NCBI GenBank assembly: GCA_040389905.1
Contig: JAZJZK010000008.1
Coordinates: 128,001 to 192,000, forward strand
Source: Gemmatimonadota bacterium
GTDB lineage: Bacteria > Gemmatimonadota > Gemmatimonadetes > Gemmatimonadales > Gemmatimonadaceae
DNA: 64,000 nucleotides
Direction: 5' to 3'
The number at the start of each line of letters is the position of its first letter. The first letter of the stretch is position 1. Below are positions 1 through 10,576 of this stretch, in pieces. The translations under genes were made by a program, and so were the position numbers. The notes beneath the pieces were generated by a model. It saw only the letters and a program-made list of their open reading frames with translations. It was not told the DNA's origin and ran no database searches.

Positions 1-1
1 T

Positions 2-322
2 GCGGCGCTTGGCATGAAGAGCCTTGGCGGCGAGGGTGTCGCGGTCACCAAGCGCGCCGTCGGCGCGAAGGAGGCGCTGCGCTATGCAATGAGCCTTCCC
101 GTTGCCACGACGGTCAGTGGCATCGACTCGATGAAGGTGTTGCGACAGAACGTCGGCGTTGCGAGCGACTTTACGCCGATGTCGTCGCTCGAGATGCAAC
201 GATTACGCGATCGGTGCGCACGATACGCGGTCGACGGACGCTTCGAGCTTTACAAGACGACGGCGAAACACGAAGGTGAAGTGGGACGTCGCCAACACGG
301 CTTTCCACTGGATGTGACGTAG
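2..322 (+). CDS. Aldo/keto reductase family protein, C-terminal part (5' end outside window)
   Basis: Frame open from the window edge; GMKSLGG...EALRYAMSLPVATTVSGIDSM..L.QN resembles the AKR C-terminal region. Confidence 0.75.
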   Translation, partial: AALGMKSLGGEGVAVTKRAVGAKEALRYAMSLPVATTVSGIDSMKVLRQNVGVASDFTPMSSLEMQRLRDRCARYAVDGRFELYKTTAKHEGEVGRRQHGFPLDVT

Positions 323-442
323 ATCGCAATTTCGTGGCACGACGTTGGCGTACCGAATGGTCGAACACTTCGGACGATCGAAGCGTCATCCGCGCCTTAC
401 GCGCGGCTTGAACGTACTCGTGGCTACGAGGATTTTGACGAC

Positions 443-1935
443 ATGAAGCGCCCCACCACCCTTGCCGCCGTACTCGGCGTGCTCGCCGTGACTGCCTGTC
501 AGGACGGCCCCTTTCTCCATCGCAGATCGCACCGCCACCCGCACAGAAGACGCTCCAGGCTGGTGCGGCCGCACTCGATCCCAGTCTCACCCAGCGGCTT
601 GCCACCGCGCTCCCCACCGACCGCATCGAGGTGATTGCTACGCTCGATGAATCAGCAGATGTGCTCAACGTCACACGGGGCATCATGCAAACGGGCGCCG
701 GCGTCATTCGTTTCCAGCACTTGCCGATGGTCGCGGCGCTGGCGAGCCCTGCAGAAATCTCTGCAATGCGCAGCGTCAGCGGTGTGAGTGGTGTTTACGC
801 GAACAAGAAAATCGTCTACCTGCTCCGCGAGAGCCGAGCACAGATTCAGGCGGACCAGGTGCATGCGTCCGGGATTACAGGCAAGGGCGTTGGCGTTGCC
901 ATTCTCGATTCCGGCATCGACGGACTGAATCCGACGCTCACGTACCCCACCAAGACAGTGGCGAATGTAAAGGTCGCGTTCAGCGTGAAGGACCTCGTGA
1001 CCTTCGGCGACGACCCGACGCTTCCCAAGCTCGCTGGCCAACTCGTCGCGGAGAATCTGCCGAACAGCGAGACTGGACTGATGGGACACGGAACACACGT
1101 CGCTGGCATTGTCGGCGGCGATAGCACCTCGGTGCAGAACGGGATCTACAAGGGCATTGCTCCGGGTGCGAAGCTGATCGGTATCGCCACCGGAGAGGGC
1201 CCGACGGTCCTCTACGCACTGGCCGGCTTCGATTGGCTGCTGGAACATCGTGAGCAGTACAACATCCGCGTCGTCAACAATTCCTGGGGCACCACCGGTG
1301 ACTACGTTGCGGGCGACCCAATCAACGTCGCATCGAAGAAGGCTCACGATGCCGGTGTGGCCGTCGTGTTCGCTTCCGGCAATTGTGGTGTCGGCGGCGA
1401 CACGGATTGTCCGCCAGCCGGCGAGAACCAGTTGAATCCGTATAGCGTCGCGCCGTGGGTCATCGGCGTAGCGGCAGGGTGCAAGTACAGTGTGCCGGAT
1501 CCGACCAATTCCGTGGGATCGACGTGTCTCGACGCCGCAGGCAGAACCGTGCTTGCGAGCTTCTCGTCGCGTGGCCTGCCCGGGAGTGAACTCTATCATC
1601 CGACGCTGACGGCGCCCGGAGTGCGCATCGTCTCCACGCGGGCGTCAACGGGGCTCACGTTGAACGCGCTCGACGCGAACAGCGACGTCCGACTCTGCAA
1701 TAGCAGTATCGCGAACCTCCAGTATTACACGTGCGCATCCGGAACGTCGATGGCCGCTCCGCACATCGCCGGCGTGGTCGCGCTGATGATCGAGGCGTCG
1801 AAGGGAACGCTGACGCCGGACAATGCAAAGGCGGCGCTCGTGAAGACGGTGACGAAGCTGCCAGGATACGCCACCTTCGAGGTGGGCGCCGGTTACGTGA
1901 ACGCGCTCGCAGCGGTGAAGGCCGTCAAGAAATAG
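443..1935 (+). CDS. Subtilisin-like S8 serine peptidase, probable lipoprotein; frameshifted at ~508-511
   Basis: Catalytic motifs ILDSGID, HGTHVAG and SGTSMAAPH in 631..1935. Signal peptide with lipobox (VTAC) in 443..~510. One extra C in the C4 run joins the two frames. Confidence 0.85.
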
Positions 1936-2013
1936 TCCCGCTCCTGTCCCTATCGGTCGAGAGAATGCATCCTTTCGGTATCTCGGGCTGTCACAAGAAC
2001 GAGACTCTCCGAC

Positions 2014-4458
2014 ATGCATTCTCTCCTGATCGACCAACTGACTGCCGCCCTGGGCCAGGGCTACACCATCGAGCGCGAGCTCGGTGGTGGCGGCATGTCA
2101 CGCGTGTTCGTCGCGTTCGACGAGGAGTTGCAGCGACGTGTGGCGGTGAAGGTCATGCCGGAGCATCTCGCTGCATCCGTCTCCGTCGAGCGCTTCAAGC
2201 GTGAGATCCTGCTCTCGGCAAGTCTCCAGCATCCGCACATCGTTGGTGTGCTGAGTGCCGGTGAGGCGGGAGGGCTGCCCTTCTTCGTCATGCCGTACGT
2301 GGAAGGGGAGTCGCTCGGCACGCGCATCGCGCGCGCGGGGAGCATGCCGGTGCGGGAGACGGTGTCGATTCTCAAGGACGTGTGTCGCGCGCTCGCGTAT
2401 GCCCATGAGCGCGGGGTCGTGCACCGCGATATCAAGCCGCACAACATCCTCCTCGCTGCGGGAGCGGCAACGGTCACCGATTTTGGTGTCGCGAAAGCCC
2501 TGAGTTCGTCGCGGCGCTCCGGAGCCGACAAGCATGGCACACTGACCGGTACTGGCACCTCGCTCGGCACCCCGCTGTACATGGCGCCGGAACAAGCGGC
2601 GGCGGATCCCGATGTCGACCATCGCGCTGACATTTATGCGTTCGGGATCACAGCGTACGAGATGCTGACGGCACATCCTCCGTTCGCCGGCTTGGCGCCG
2701 CGCGCGCTGCTCACCGCACGCATGACGGAAGATCCACCAGCGGTCTCGACGCTGCGGTCGGACGTCCCGTCCGCCTTGAGCGACTTGATCATGCGTTGCC
2801 TCGCGCGCGAGCCTGGCGATCGCCCGCAAACGGCAGCGGAAGTGCTCGTTGCGCTCGACAATCCCGACGTGATGAGCGGTGCGTTCGCGGCCCCGCCGCG
2901 ACAGAAGCTCGGACTCCACTCGTTGCGAGATTGGCGCTTCGCGGCGGCGGCCATCCTGATTCTCGGCGCGATGGGCACCGCAACCTACGTCGCTCGGCGT
3001 CCCGCAGCGGCCGTTGCTCCAGTGACGGTGGCGGCCGCTCCTGCCGCGTCCGCGTCATCGATCGTCGTGGTGCCGCTCGTCAGCATCGGGTCCGATTCCA
3101 GCAACGCCTACCTCGCTGATGGAATAACCAATGAGTTGGCCGCGGCGCTGGGTCGAGTTCCTGGTGTGCAGGTCGTTTCGCCAAGCAGGGCGGCCGCAAT
3201 GCTCGCCGCAGGAAAGTCGCCGAGCGACATCGGGAAGGCATTGAATGTCGCGTTGCAACTCGAAGGAACCGTTCAGCGCGAGGGCAAGCGAATGCGCGTC
3301 ACCGCGCGTTTGGTGGGCGTCACCGATGGCGTGATGCGCTGGTCGGACATGTACGAGCGCGATGCGACGGACCTCCTGACGGTTCAGAGCGAGCTGGCGC
3401 ATGCGATCACCGATGCCGTGGGTAGCGCCATGGGGAGCCAATCCGCGCTGGCGTCACACGATGCCGATACGGTATCCCCAACAGCGACCAAGGAACTGAG
3501 TCAGGCATACGACCTGTACATGCGTGGCCGCTTTCAGCTGAGTCGTCGCAGCGCCCAGTCGCTTCAGGAGGCAATCAGCTATTTCGGCCAGGCGGTCAAG
3601 AAGGATCCACGCTTCGCCCCCGCGTACAGCGGGCTCGCCGATGCCCAGGGTTTGCTCCCGCTCTACACGAGCGTCAATGCGCAGGCGACGCTCACGTCAG
3701 CCCTTGCGAGTGCCGATCGCGCGATCTCGCTGGATAGTTCCCTTGCCGAGGCGTGGGCATCGCGCGGCGTGCTGCAGGCGAGGAGCTGGAAGTGGGCGGA
3801 CGCCGAGCGCGATTTTCGGCGCGCGATTGCGCTGAATCCGCGGTACGCACCCGCGCAGCAATGGCTCGGCGAACTTCTCCTCGTGATGGGCCGAATTCCC
3901 GATGCCACCCGCTCGCTCGAAACCGCTGCGCAACTCGATCCCTCGTCGCCCGTGATCGTGGGTTCGCTCGGCATGACACTGGGTCTGGCCGGCCGCATCC
4001 CGGAGGCAGTTACGACCGCCGAGCGCGCGGTGTCGTACGACTCCTCGCTCGTGGTAACGCGCTTCATGCTCGGCGCGACGCATTTGTACGTGCACCAGGC
4101 GGCCAAGGCAATTCCGCCACTCGAGGCGGCGGTGCGCATTGACCCCGGTTCGCGCACGGCGCTTGGCCTGCTTGGCTACGCCTATGCCTTGACGGGTGAC
4201 GCGTCGTCGGCGCGACGGACGCGAGCGCGCATCGAGTCGATGCCCGCTGGCCCCGGGACTGACGTCGCGATCGCGCGCATCGCGCTCGCACTCGGCGATA
4301 CGGCGGAGGCGATTTCGCGCCTCGAACGCGCAGCGAAGACGCGCGATCCATTCTTTGCCACCGAGCTCGCGACGTCGCCGATCTTCGACACCATCAGGGC
4401 GAATCCGCGGTACGTCGCATTGTTGCGCGGGGTTGGATTGTCGGCCCGGACGAGTTGA
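2014..4458 (+). CDS. Hanks-type Ser/Thr protein kinase with TM helix, TolB-N-like domain and TPR repeats
   Basis: ELGGGGMS, VAVK, HRDIKPHN, DFG, YMAPE; hydrophobic helix; YLADGITNEL..AL segment; helical repeats. Confidence 0.92.
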   Translation: MHSLLIDQLTAALGQGYTIERELGGGGMSRVFVAFDEELQRRVAVKVMPEHLAASVSVERFKREILLSASLQHPHIVGVLSAGEAGGLPFFVMPYVEGESLGTRIARAGSMPVRETVSILKDVCRALAYAHERGVVHRDIKPHNILLAAGAATVTDFGVAKALSSSRRSGADKHGTLTGTGTSLGTPLYMAPEQAAADPDVDHRADIYAFGITAYEMLTAHPPFAGLAPRALLTARMTEDPPAVSTLRSDVPSALSDLIMRCLAREPGDRPQTAAEVLVALDNPDVMSGAFAAPPRQKLGLHSLRDWRFAAAAILILGAMGTATYVARRPAAAVAPVTVAAAPAASASSIVVVPLVSIGSDSSNAYLADGITNELAAALGRVPGVQVVSPSRAAAMLAAGKSPSDIGKALNVALQLEGTVQREGKRMRVTARLVGVTDGVMRWSDMYERDATDLLTVQSELAHAITDAVGSAMGSQSALASHDADTVSPTATKELSQAYDLYMRGRFQLSRRSAQSLQEAISYFGQAVKKDPRFAPAYSGLADAQGLLPLYTSVNAQATLTSALASADRAISLDSSLAEAWASRGVLQARSWKWADAERDFRRAIALNPRYAPAQQWLGELLLVMGRIPDATRSLETAAQLDPSSPVIVGSLGMTLGLAGRIPEAVTTAERAVSYDSSLVVTRFMLGATHLYVHQAAKAIPPLEAAVRIDPGSRTALGLLGYAYALTGDASSARRTRARIESMPAGPGTDVAIARIALALGDTAEAISRLERAAKTRDPFFATELATSPIFDTIRANPRYVALLRGVGLSARTS

Positions 4459-4470
4459 GCGGAACGGCGG

Positions 4471-4505
4471 AGGTGCAGACCCCGCGACTTCGCTCGGGGT
4501 GACAG
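4471..4505 (+). repeat. REP-like palindromic element (short variant)
   Basis: AGGTGCAGACCCCGCGACTTCGCTCGGGGTGACAG; similar to other copies in the window. Confidence 0.7.
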
Positions 4506-4574
4506 CCGCCGCAGAATTCGTCTCGGCGAGCGCTTCTCCATTAGACTAAAGCCGTCATCACAACGAGAGCGAGA

Positions 4575-5543
4575 ATGCGCGCGATTCGAGTGCACGAGAT
4601 CGGTGGTCCCGAAGTCATGGTGCTCGACAACGTGCCGGACCCGGTGCCGGGTCCCGGCGAAGCGCTGGTCCGGATGGAGGCGATTGGCCTGAACTTCATC
4701 GAAGTGTATTTCCGGAAAGGCCAATACAAGACGGCGCTTCCCTTCACGCCCGGTACTGAAGGCGCCGGAACGGTCGTCGCGCTCGGTGAAGGAGCCACCG
4801 GCGTCAGCGTCGGGGATCGTGTCGCGTCGGTGAATTTTGCGGGGTCCTACGCCGAGCTTTCCATCGCGAGGGCCGATCGCCTCGTTCGCATTCCCGATGG
4901 CGTCGGCACGCGCACAGGCGCCGCCGCGATGCTTCAGGGCATGACTGCGCACTATCTCGCGACGTCCGTCTATGCGTTGACGCAGGGCGATCGATGTCTG
5001 GTTCACGCGGCAGCGGGCGGTGTGGGTCTCATTCTTTGCCAGATCGCGAAGCGTGTCGGTGCGCACGCGATCGGCACGGTGTCGACGGAGGAGAAGGCCG
5101 CGCTCGCGCGCGCCGCTGGCGCCGAGGATGTCATCCTCTACACGAAGGAAGATTTCGTCGAGAGCGTAATGCGAATCACCGACGGGAAGAAGGTGCAGGT
5201 CGTCTACGACTCCGTGGGCGCAACGACGTTCCTCAAGAGTCTCGACTGCCTCGCCCCACGAGGGATGATGGCGCTCTTCGGCCAGTCGAGCGGGCCCGTC
5301 GCACCCTTCGATCCGGCGCTGCTCAATCCGAAGGGATCGCTCTTTCTCACACGTCCCACGCTCGCGCACTACGTCGCCACGAGCGAGGAGCTTGCGTGGC
5401 GCGCCGGCGACATCCTCGGCTGGGTGAACGACGGCACGCTCGACGTTCGCATCGATCGCGAGGTGCCACTTGTCCACGTGGCCGAGGCGCATCGAGCGCT
5501 CGAGGGACGCCGCACGACGGGCAAGGTGCTGATCGTCCCGTGA
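4575..5543 (+). CDS. qor: NADPH:quinone oxidoreductase (zeta-crystallin/MDR family)
   Basis: GLNFIEVYFRKG, PGTEGAG, HAAAGGVG, VVYDSVG, TTGKVL. Confidence 0.9.
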   Translation: MRAIRVHEIGGPEVMVLDNVPDPVPGPGEALVRMEAIGLNFIEVYFRKGQYKTALPFTPGTEGAGTVVALGEGATGVSVGDRVASVNFAGSYAELSIARADRLVRIPDGVGTRTGAAAMLQGMTAHYLATSVYALTQGDRCLVHAAAGGVGLILCQIAKRVGAHAIGTVSTEEKAALARAAGAEDVILYTKEDFVESVMRITDGKKVQVVYDSVGATTFLKSLDCLAPRGMMALFGQSSGPVAPFDPALLNPKGSLFLTRPTLAHYVATSEELAWRAGDILGWVNDGTLDVRIDREVPLVHVAEAHRALEGRRTTGKVLIVP

Positions 5544-5579
5544 CGTTACTCCCGAAGTGACGACGGCGTCCCGATAGCG

Positions 5580-6212
5580 ATGCGTCGTGTCGCCGTGGTC
5601 CTCGTTGCACTGGCAGTCTCTGGCTGCGCACGCCAGCTCTATTCCACGTCCGCGCCAGCCTCGAAACCGTCGTCCACTCCGGTGACACTTGCTGGTGCGA
5701 CCAACGTCGCGCGCCCAATTGTCACGCCGGTGTCGAGCGTGGAAGCTGTGGACTACCTCCTGGCGAGCGGGCTCCTTCTCCCCGTGGCAGGAGTGGCGAC
5801 CGCGCAGTTGCGCGACACCTTCGACGAAGGGCGCGACGGCGGGCGCGTGCATCGCGCACTCGACATCATGTCGCCGCGTGGAACCCCGATTCTCTCGGCG
5901 GATGACGGGCGCGTGCTCCGAATAGGATTCAACGAGCTGGGTGGAAACAGCATCTACGCGAGTGATTCACTGGGGCGTGTGGTCTATTACTATGCGCATC
6001 TGGATGCGTACCGACCGGGGCTGGTTCAGGGCGCCCTGATTGCACGCGGTGACACGCTGGGATTCGTCGGCACCACGGGCAACGCGCCCAAGGATACGCC
6101 GCATCTTCACTTTCAGGTGATGCGGATGCCGCCGGACGGCAAGTACTGGGATGGCGACCCGATCAACCCGTTCCCGATTCTTCTCCTCACGCACGAGCAC
6201 GTTCGGCCATGA
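5580..6212 (+). CDS. M23 family metallopeptidase, lipoprotein
   Basis: Lipobox VSGC; HRALD (HxxxD), YYYAHL, PHLHF (HxH). Confidence 0.88.
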   Translation: MRRVAVVLVALAVSGCARQLYSTSAPASKPSSTPVTLAGATNVARPIVTPVSSVEAVDYLLASGLLLPVAGVATAQLRDTFDEGRDGGRVHRALDIMSPRGTPILSADDGRVLRIGFNELGGNSIYASDSLGRVVYYYAHLDAYRPGLVQGALIARGDTLGFVGTTGNAPKDTPHLHFQVMRMPPDGKYWDGDPINPFPILLLTHEHVRP

Positions 6213-6517
6213 CACTGACGTCCAAGGAGCGCGCAACACTCCGCGCCGAAGCGCATCATCTCTCGCCCATCGTCCACATGGGTCATCAGGGGCTGACCGA
6301 CGCGTTGCTCCAGACGATCGATGATGCGTTGCGCACGCACGAGCTGGTCAAGATCGCGATGGCCAAGACCGTTGACGTGAAGCCCAAGGACGCGTCGCAC
6401 GAGCTCGCTGAGAAACTTGGCGCGGACGTGGTCCAGACGATCGGGCGGACATGCACGCTCTACCGGGAGAACCCTGATCTTGTGAAGAAGAAGGGAGCGT
6501 TGCCGGCCTGGAAGTGA
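6209..6517 (+). CDS. yhbY: YhbY family RNA-binding (CRM domain) protein
   Basis: LTSKERATLRAEAHHL.P, HELVKI, VQTIGR..TLYR; ATGA overlap with the M23 gene. Confidence 0.9.
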   Translation: MTLTSKERATLRAEAHHLSPIVHMGHQGLTDALLQTIDDALRTHELVKIAMAKTVDVKPKDASHELAEKLGADVVQTIGRTCTLYRENPDLVKKKGALPAWK

Positions 6518-6525
6518 CTGATCTT

Positions 6526-6630
6526 GGGGACAGCGGACAGGGAACAGGGGACAGGGGACAGGGAACAGGAACAGCAGGGCTTGAGCCTTGTCCCGCCGTT
6601 CCTGTCACCTGTCACCTGTCCCCTGTCCCC
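6526..6630. repeat. Heptamer (GGGACAG)n tract followed by its inverted complement; hairpin between convergent genes
   Basis: About 7 GGRACAG-type units at 6526-6574 and CCTGTCA/CCTGTCC units at 6601-6630. Confidence 0.8.
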
Positions 6631-8920
6631 TTAGCGCCTGCCGCAAACGCCAGGGCGTAAGCGGAATCTCAGTGACCTCCACACCGAGAGCATCCGCAAC
6701 CGCGTTCGCTATGGCAGGCGCCGTGGGTATGATCGGCGCCTCCGCAATTCCGCGCGCGCCTGTGTGATTCGCGATCACATCCGAGCTCTCCACGAAGAAC
6801 GCATCGATCGTCGGGATGTCCGCCATCGTGGGGATTTTGTAGTCGTGCAGATTGGGCGTCATTGACAGACCCAACGACGCGTCCAACACACGCTCCTCGA
6901 ACAGGGCGAGCCCGAGTCCCTGAATGATGCCGCCCTCGAGCTGACTTTCGGCGAGCGTCGGGTTGATGATGCGTCCGGAGTCATGTGCGCTCGTAATGTG
7001 CAGCACGCGGACACGCCCGGTTTCGACGTCCACCTCGACCTCCGCAAACTGCGCGGCGAATGCGCAGATCGCCGTGTCCTTGGGATTCGCGCCACGACTC
7101 CCCTGACCGATGATCATGACGTCGCCGAGCTTCCGTCCGATCTGGGCGAGCGTCATGGTGCGATCGTCGCCGGCCATGGTGACGACACTACCGCGTAAGT
7201 CGAGGCGGTCGGCACTCACGCCGAGCAGCTCGGCCGCCGCCTCGAGAACGCGCTCACGCACATGGAGCGCCGCGACGCGCACCGCCGGACCGACCGACGC
7301 CGTCGTGATCGACCCCCAAGAATTCCCCGCGTACGGCGTGCGCTCCGTGTCACCCAGCACCGTCCGCACATCCGCGAGTCGGGCACCCAATACCTCGGCG
7401 GCGATCTGCGCGAAGATCGTCCGCGACCCGGTGCCGAGATCCTGCGCGCCCGTGAGCACGTCCACCGTTCCGTCCGGATTCAGCCGCACCGTGGCGTATG
7501 CTGGTGGCCCGCCACCAGCCACCCAGATCTGCGATGCCATCCCAACGCCCCGACGCAGCCGAGCGCCATGCACGCGGGTGGCCGCGGCCTCCACTCGGCG
7601 ATGTGTCCACGCAAAGCGTGCGGCACCTTCTTCGTAGCACCGGTCGAGATGCTTGGCGGAGTACTCGCGGTTCTTGTCCTGATCGCGAGGAGCATAGTTG
7701 CGCCGGCGAAGCTCGAGTGGGTCGATGCCCAACTCGCGCGCGAGCGCGTCCATCGCGCACTCCAATGCGAACGCCCCCTCCACGTGTCCCGGTGCGCGGA
7801 AGGAATCCATCGCACCGGTGTTGAGATGGACGAAGGTCTCACTCGTGCGCACGTTGTCGCACTGGTACATCTCGTGGAAGATCTTCGCGGGACTCGCGAA
7901 CCAGCCACTATAGCCGTACGCGACGGTGACGTCTGCCGAGATCGAGACGAGAGTCCCATCGTGGCGCGCCGCCAACGTGACGCGCTGCTGTGTCGCGGCG
8001 CGGTTGCCGGTGTCCGTCTGCTCCCCTTCTCGGTCGAGCACGCACCGCACCGGCCTGCCGAGCTGCTTTGCGAGAGCAACCGCCGTGTAGGTGTGCGCGG
8101 CGGCGTAGTTCTTCGCGCCGAAGCCGCCGCCCATGTAGTCCTTCATCACGCGAACACGATTGAGCGGAAGACGAAACGCGCGCGCGACGTCCTTCCTCAC
8201 CTGAAAGATGCCCTGCGTACTTTCCCACACCGTGAGATGATCGCCATTCCACTCGGCCACTGCGGCATGCGGTTCGAGTGGTGAGTGAAGAGCGCACGGC
8301 GTGCGATACTCGCGCGTGATGACGACGTCCGCACTCGCTCTGGCGCCATCGGCGTCGCCTCGCGCCGAGATTCGCGGCTGGCCCTCGGGAATGTTCCCGC
8401 CGGGGCGCACCACCGGCGCATCGGGAGCGAGCGCCTGTCCGAGTGTCACCGCGTGGGCCGCCGCTTCGACCTCGAGCGCAACGAGCGCGCACGCCTGCCG
8501 CGCGATGTCGAACGTGTCCGCGCAGATGGCCGCGAGAGGCTGGCCTGCCCAGTGGATGACGACATCGAACAGCGGAGCGCCCATGTGCGAGATGCCAGGA
8601 ACGTCCGACAACACGAGGGAGCCGCGCACGCCAGGCAGTGCCAGCGCCCGTGAGAGATCGAGGAGGGTAACGCGGCCGCTTGCAACAGGAGCGCGAACGA
8701 GCGCGGCGTGGAGCATGCCCGCTCGTTGCGTGTCTGCGGTGTAGATGGCGCGCCCGGTGACTTTCTCGAGCGCATCCGCTCGCGGAACGCGTTGACCCAC
8801 GATGGTGAGTGCCGCGTCAGCACCCCACGGCGTCGGCTCCAGATCCGGGAGCTCGAGGATCTTGATCTCCTCGCGCCCCTCGATCTCCACTTTCGTGCTG
8901 GTGAAGCGTCTACCCGGCAT
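6605..8920 (-). CDS. Xanthine dehydrogenase family molybdopterin-binding subunit (PaoC/YagR-like)
   Basis: KVTGRAIY, STQG, MGGGFGAK, FRAPG, QLEGGIIQGLG, ARGIAE (catalytic Glu). Confidence 0.9.
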   Translation of the reverse strand: MPGRRFTSTKVEIEGREEIKILELPDLEPTPWGADAALTIVGQRVPRADALEKVTGRAIYTADTQRAGMLHAALVRAPVASGRVTLLDLSRALALPGVRGSLVLSDVPGISHMGAPLFDVVIHWAGQPLAAICADTFDIARQACALVALEVEAAAHAVTLGQALAPDAPVVRPGGNIPEGQPRISARGDADGARASADVVITREYRTPCALHSPLEPHAAVAEWNGDHLTVWESTQGIFQVRKDVARAFRLPLNRVRVMKDYMGGGFGAKNYAAAHTYTAVALAKQLGRPVRCVLDREGEQTDTGNRAATQQRVTLAARHDGTLVSISADVTVAYGYSGWFASPAKIFHEMYQCDNVRTSETFVHLNTGAMDSFRAPGHVEGAFALECAMDALARELGIDPLELRRRNYAPRDQDKNREYSAKHLDRCYEEGAARFAWTHRRVEAAATRVHGARLRRGVGMASQIWVAGGGPPAYATVRLNPDGTVDVLTGAQDLGTGSRTIFAQIAAEVLGARLADVRTVLGDTERTPYAGNSWGSITTASVGPAVRVAALHVRERVLEAAAELLGVSADRLDLRGSVVTMAGDDRTMTLAQIGRKLGDVMIIGQGSRGANPKDTAICAFAAQFAEVEVDVETGRVRVLHITSAHDSGRIINPTLAESQLEGGIIQGLGLALFEERVLDASLGLSMTPNLHDYKIPTMADIPTIDAFFVESSDVIANHTGARGIAEAPIIPTAPAIANAVADALGVEVTEIPLTPWRLRQALRGQGTGDR

Positions 8921-9383
8921 TCGCGGCGCTCCGCTCGGCGGTGGCGGCAGCGTGGATGGCGCTCACGATTTTGGGATATGTGCCGCAGCGGCAGAGGTTG
9001 CCGGCCATGGCGCGCCGAATGTCGGCGTCGCTCGGGGCCGTGTTCCGATCGAGTAGGGCGCGCGCCGCGACGAGTTGTCCAGGGGTGCAATAGCCACACT
9101 GAAGCGCATCGGCGTCGATGAAGGCCTGTTGAATGGGGTCGAGCGCGCCGTCGCGCGAGAGTCCTTCGACGGTCGTGATACGCTGTCCCTCACAGGAGGC
9201 CGCCAACGTGAGGCACGCGTAGGCGAGCCGCCCGTCGACGAGCACGGTACAGGCGCCGCACTCACCGCGTCCGCATCCCAGCTTCGTTCCAGTGAGCTGG
9301 AGGCGGTCCCGGAGCATGGTGAGGAGCGTCTCGTGCCCGGCGCAGGCAACCGAACGCTCTTCGCCATTGACCGTGAAACGCAT
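8910..9383 (-). CDS. Xanthine dehydrogenase family 2x[2Fe-2S] subunit
   Basis: GCGRGECGAC, QCGYCTPG, NLCRC. Confidence 0.93.
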   Translation of the reverse strand: MRFTVNGEERSVACAGHETLLTMLRDRLQLTGTKLGCGRGECGACTVLVDGRLAYACLTLAASCEGQRITTVEGLSRDGALDPIQQAFIDADALQCGYCTPGQLVAARALLDRNTAPSDADIRRAMAGNLCRCGTYPKIVSAIHAAATAERSAANAG

Positions 9384-9495
9384 ACTTGGCTCCCCTGGTT
9401 TCGGAGGTTCGGCACCAAGCCTCCCGTTGTCGCATCGGTGATTCGCATTATCTTAGCCTGAGCGCCCTTTCTTCGCAGCATCATCGAGGCGATCA

Positions 9496-9759
9496 ATGCC
9501 CTACGTCATTACCGAAGCCTGCATCAACACCAAGGACAAGGCGTGTGTCGACGTCTGCCCGGTGGATTGCATCTATGAAGGTCCAGACCAGCTCTTCATC
9601 CACCCAGACGAGTGCATCGACTGCGGGGCATGTGAGCCGGAGTGTCCCGTCACGGCGATCTTCCCCGAGGAGGATGTGCCGTCCGGAATGAAGCAGTACG
9701 TCCAGCTCAATCGGGACGTCTTCAAGAGCGACAACCCACCAGGTCGCCCCACGCGATAA
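9496..9759 (+). CDS. Dicluster ferredoxin (FdxA-like)
   Basis: [18 protein letters not shown] and [13 protein letters not shown]. Confidence 0.93.
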   Translation: MPYVITEACINTKDKACVDVCPVDCIYEGPDQLFIHPDECIDCGACEPECPVTAIFPEEDVPSGMKQYVQLNRDVFKSDNPPGRPTR

Positions 9760-9780
9760 GTCGCGCCGCCGGGAGCGGAA

Positions 9781-10503
9781 GTGCTTCGCGCGCTCACGTT
9801 CGACTACTGGGACACGCTCTACGAGGGCGGCCGGCTCGCCGAGCGTGTCGCGCTCCGCCGCACTGCGGTCGGCGCGTTGCTGGGCGCCTATGGCCGAGCG
9901 CTTCCGGAGGAGCAGCTTTCCGCATTGTACGACGAATCGGGGAGTGAGGCCGAACGTTGGTGGCGGGAGGAACAACGGGGCTACAAGACGGACGAACGCC
10001 TCCGCTGGATTCTCAAGCGCGCCGCCGTGACGCCACGGGAAGGGTGCCAACACGTGGCCGCCGCGGTCGATGCGGTCGACAATGCGCTCCTCATGCTGCC
10101 GCCCGCGATGTTCGCCGGCGCGTGGCGGATGCTTCGTACCCTGCAGCGCCGTTTCACCCTGGCGATCATCAGCGACACCGGTTTCGCATCGGGGCGCGCG
10201 CAGGACCGTCTCCTGGAAAAAGATTCGGCGCGCGACTTCTTCTCGGCGACGATTTACTCGATGGACGTGGGGCACGCGAAACCGCGCGCCGAGATCTTCC
10301 AGGCCGCGGTCAATGAGCTGGGATTCGCGCCAGGCGAGATTCTTCACATCGGCGACAATGAGCGCACGGACGTCCGCGGTGCGCTCGCGGCGGGTTTTCG
10401 GGCTGTCCGGATCGACGTCGCGCGTGACAGCGGGCCGAGCGAGGCGGAGTTCGTGGCGAGATCGTTTGAGGAACTGACGAACTACCTGATCACCGCGAGC
10501 TGA
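9781..10503 (+). CDS. HAD superfamily hydrolase
   Basis: FDYWDTL, IISDT, KP, HIGDNERTDV.GA. Confidence 0.88.
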   Translation: MLRALTFDYWDTLYEGGRLAERVALRRTAVGALLGAYGRALPEEQLSALYDESGSEAERWWREEQRGYKTDERLRWILKRAAVTPREGCQHVAAAVDAVDNALLMLPPAMFAGAWRMLRTLQRRFTLAIISDTGFASGRAQDRLLEKDSARDFFSATIYSMDVGHAKPRAEIFQAAVNELGFAPGEILHIGDNERTDVRGALAAGFRAVRIDVARDSGPSEAEFVARSFEELTNYLITAS

Positions 10504-10576
10504 GTCGCCGTTCGCCTCGCCGTCTTCGCCGCACACGATGAACTTGAGCCTTCGGCTGCTCAGGATTTGAGGAGCG

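Noticed and set aside
4182..5852. Long antisense ORFs (also 13541..15121, 42855..44402, 62715..63845 and others)
   Set aside because: Shadows of well-supported genes on the opposite strand in high-GC DNA; no recognisable motifs
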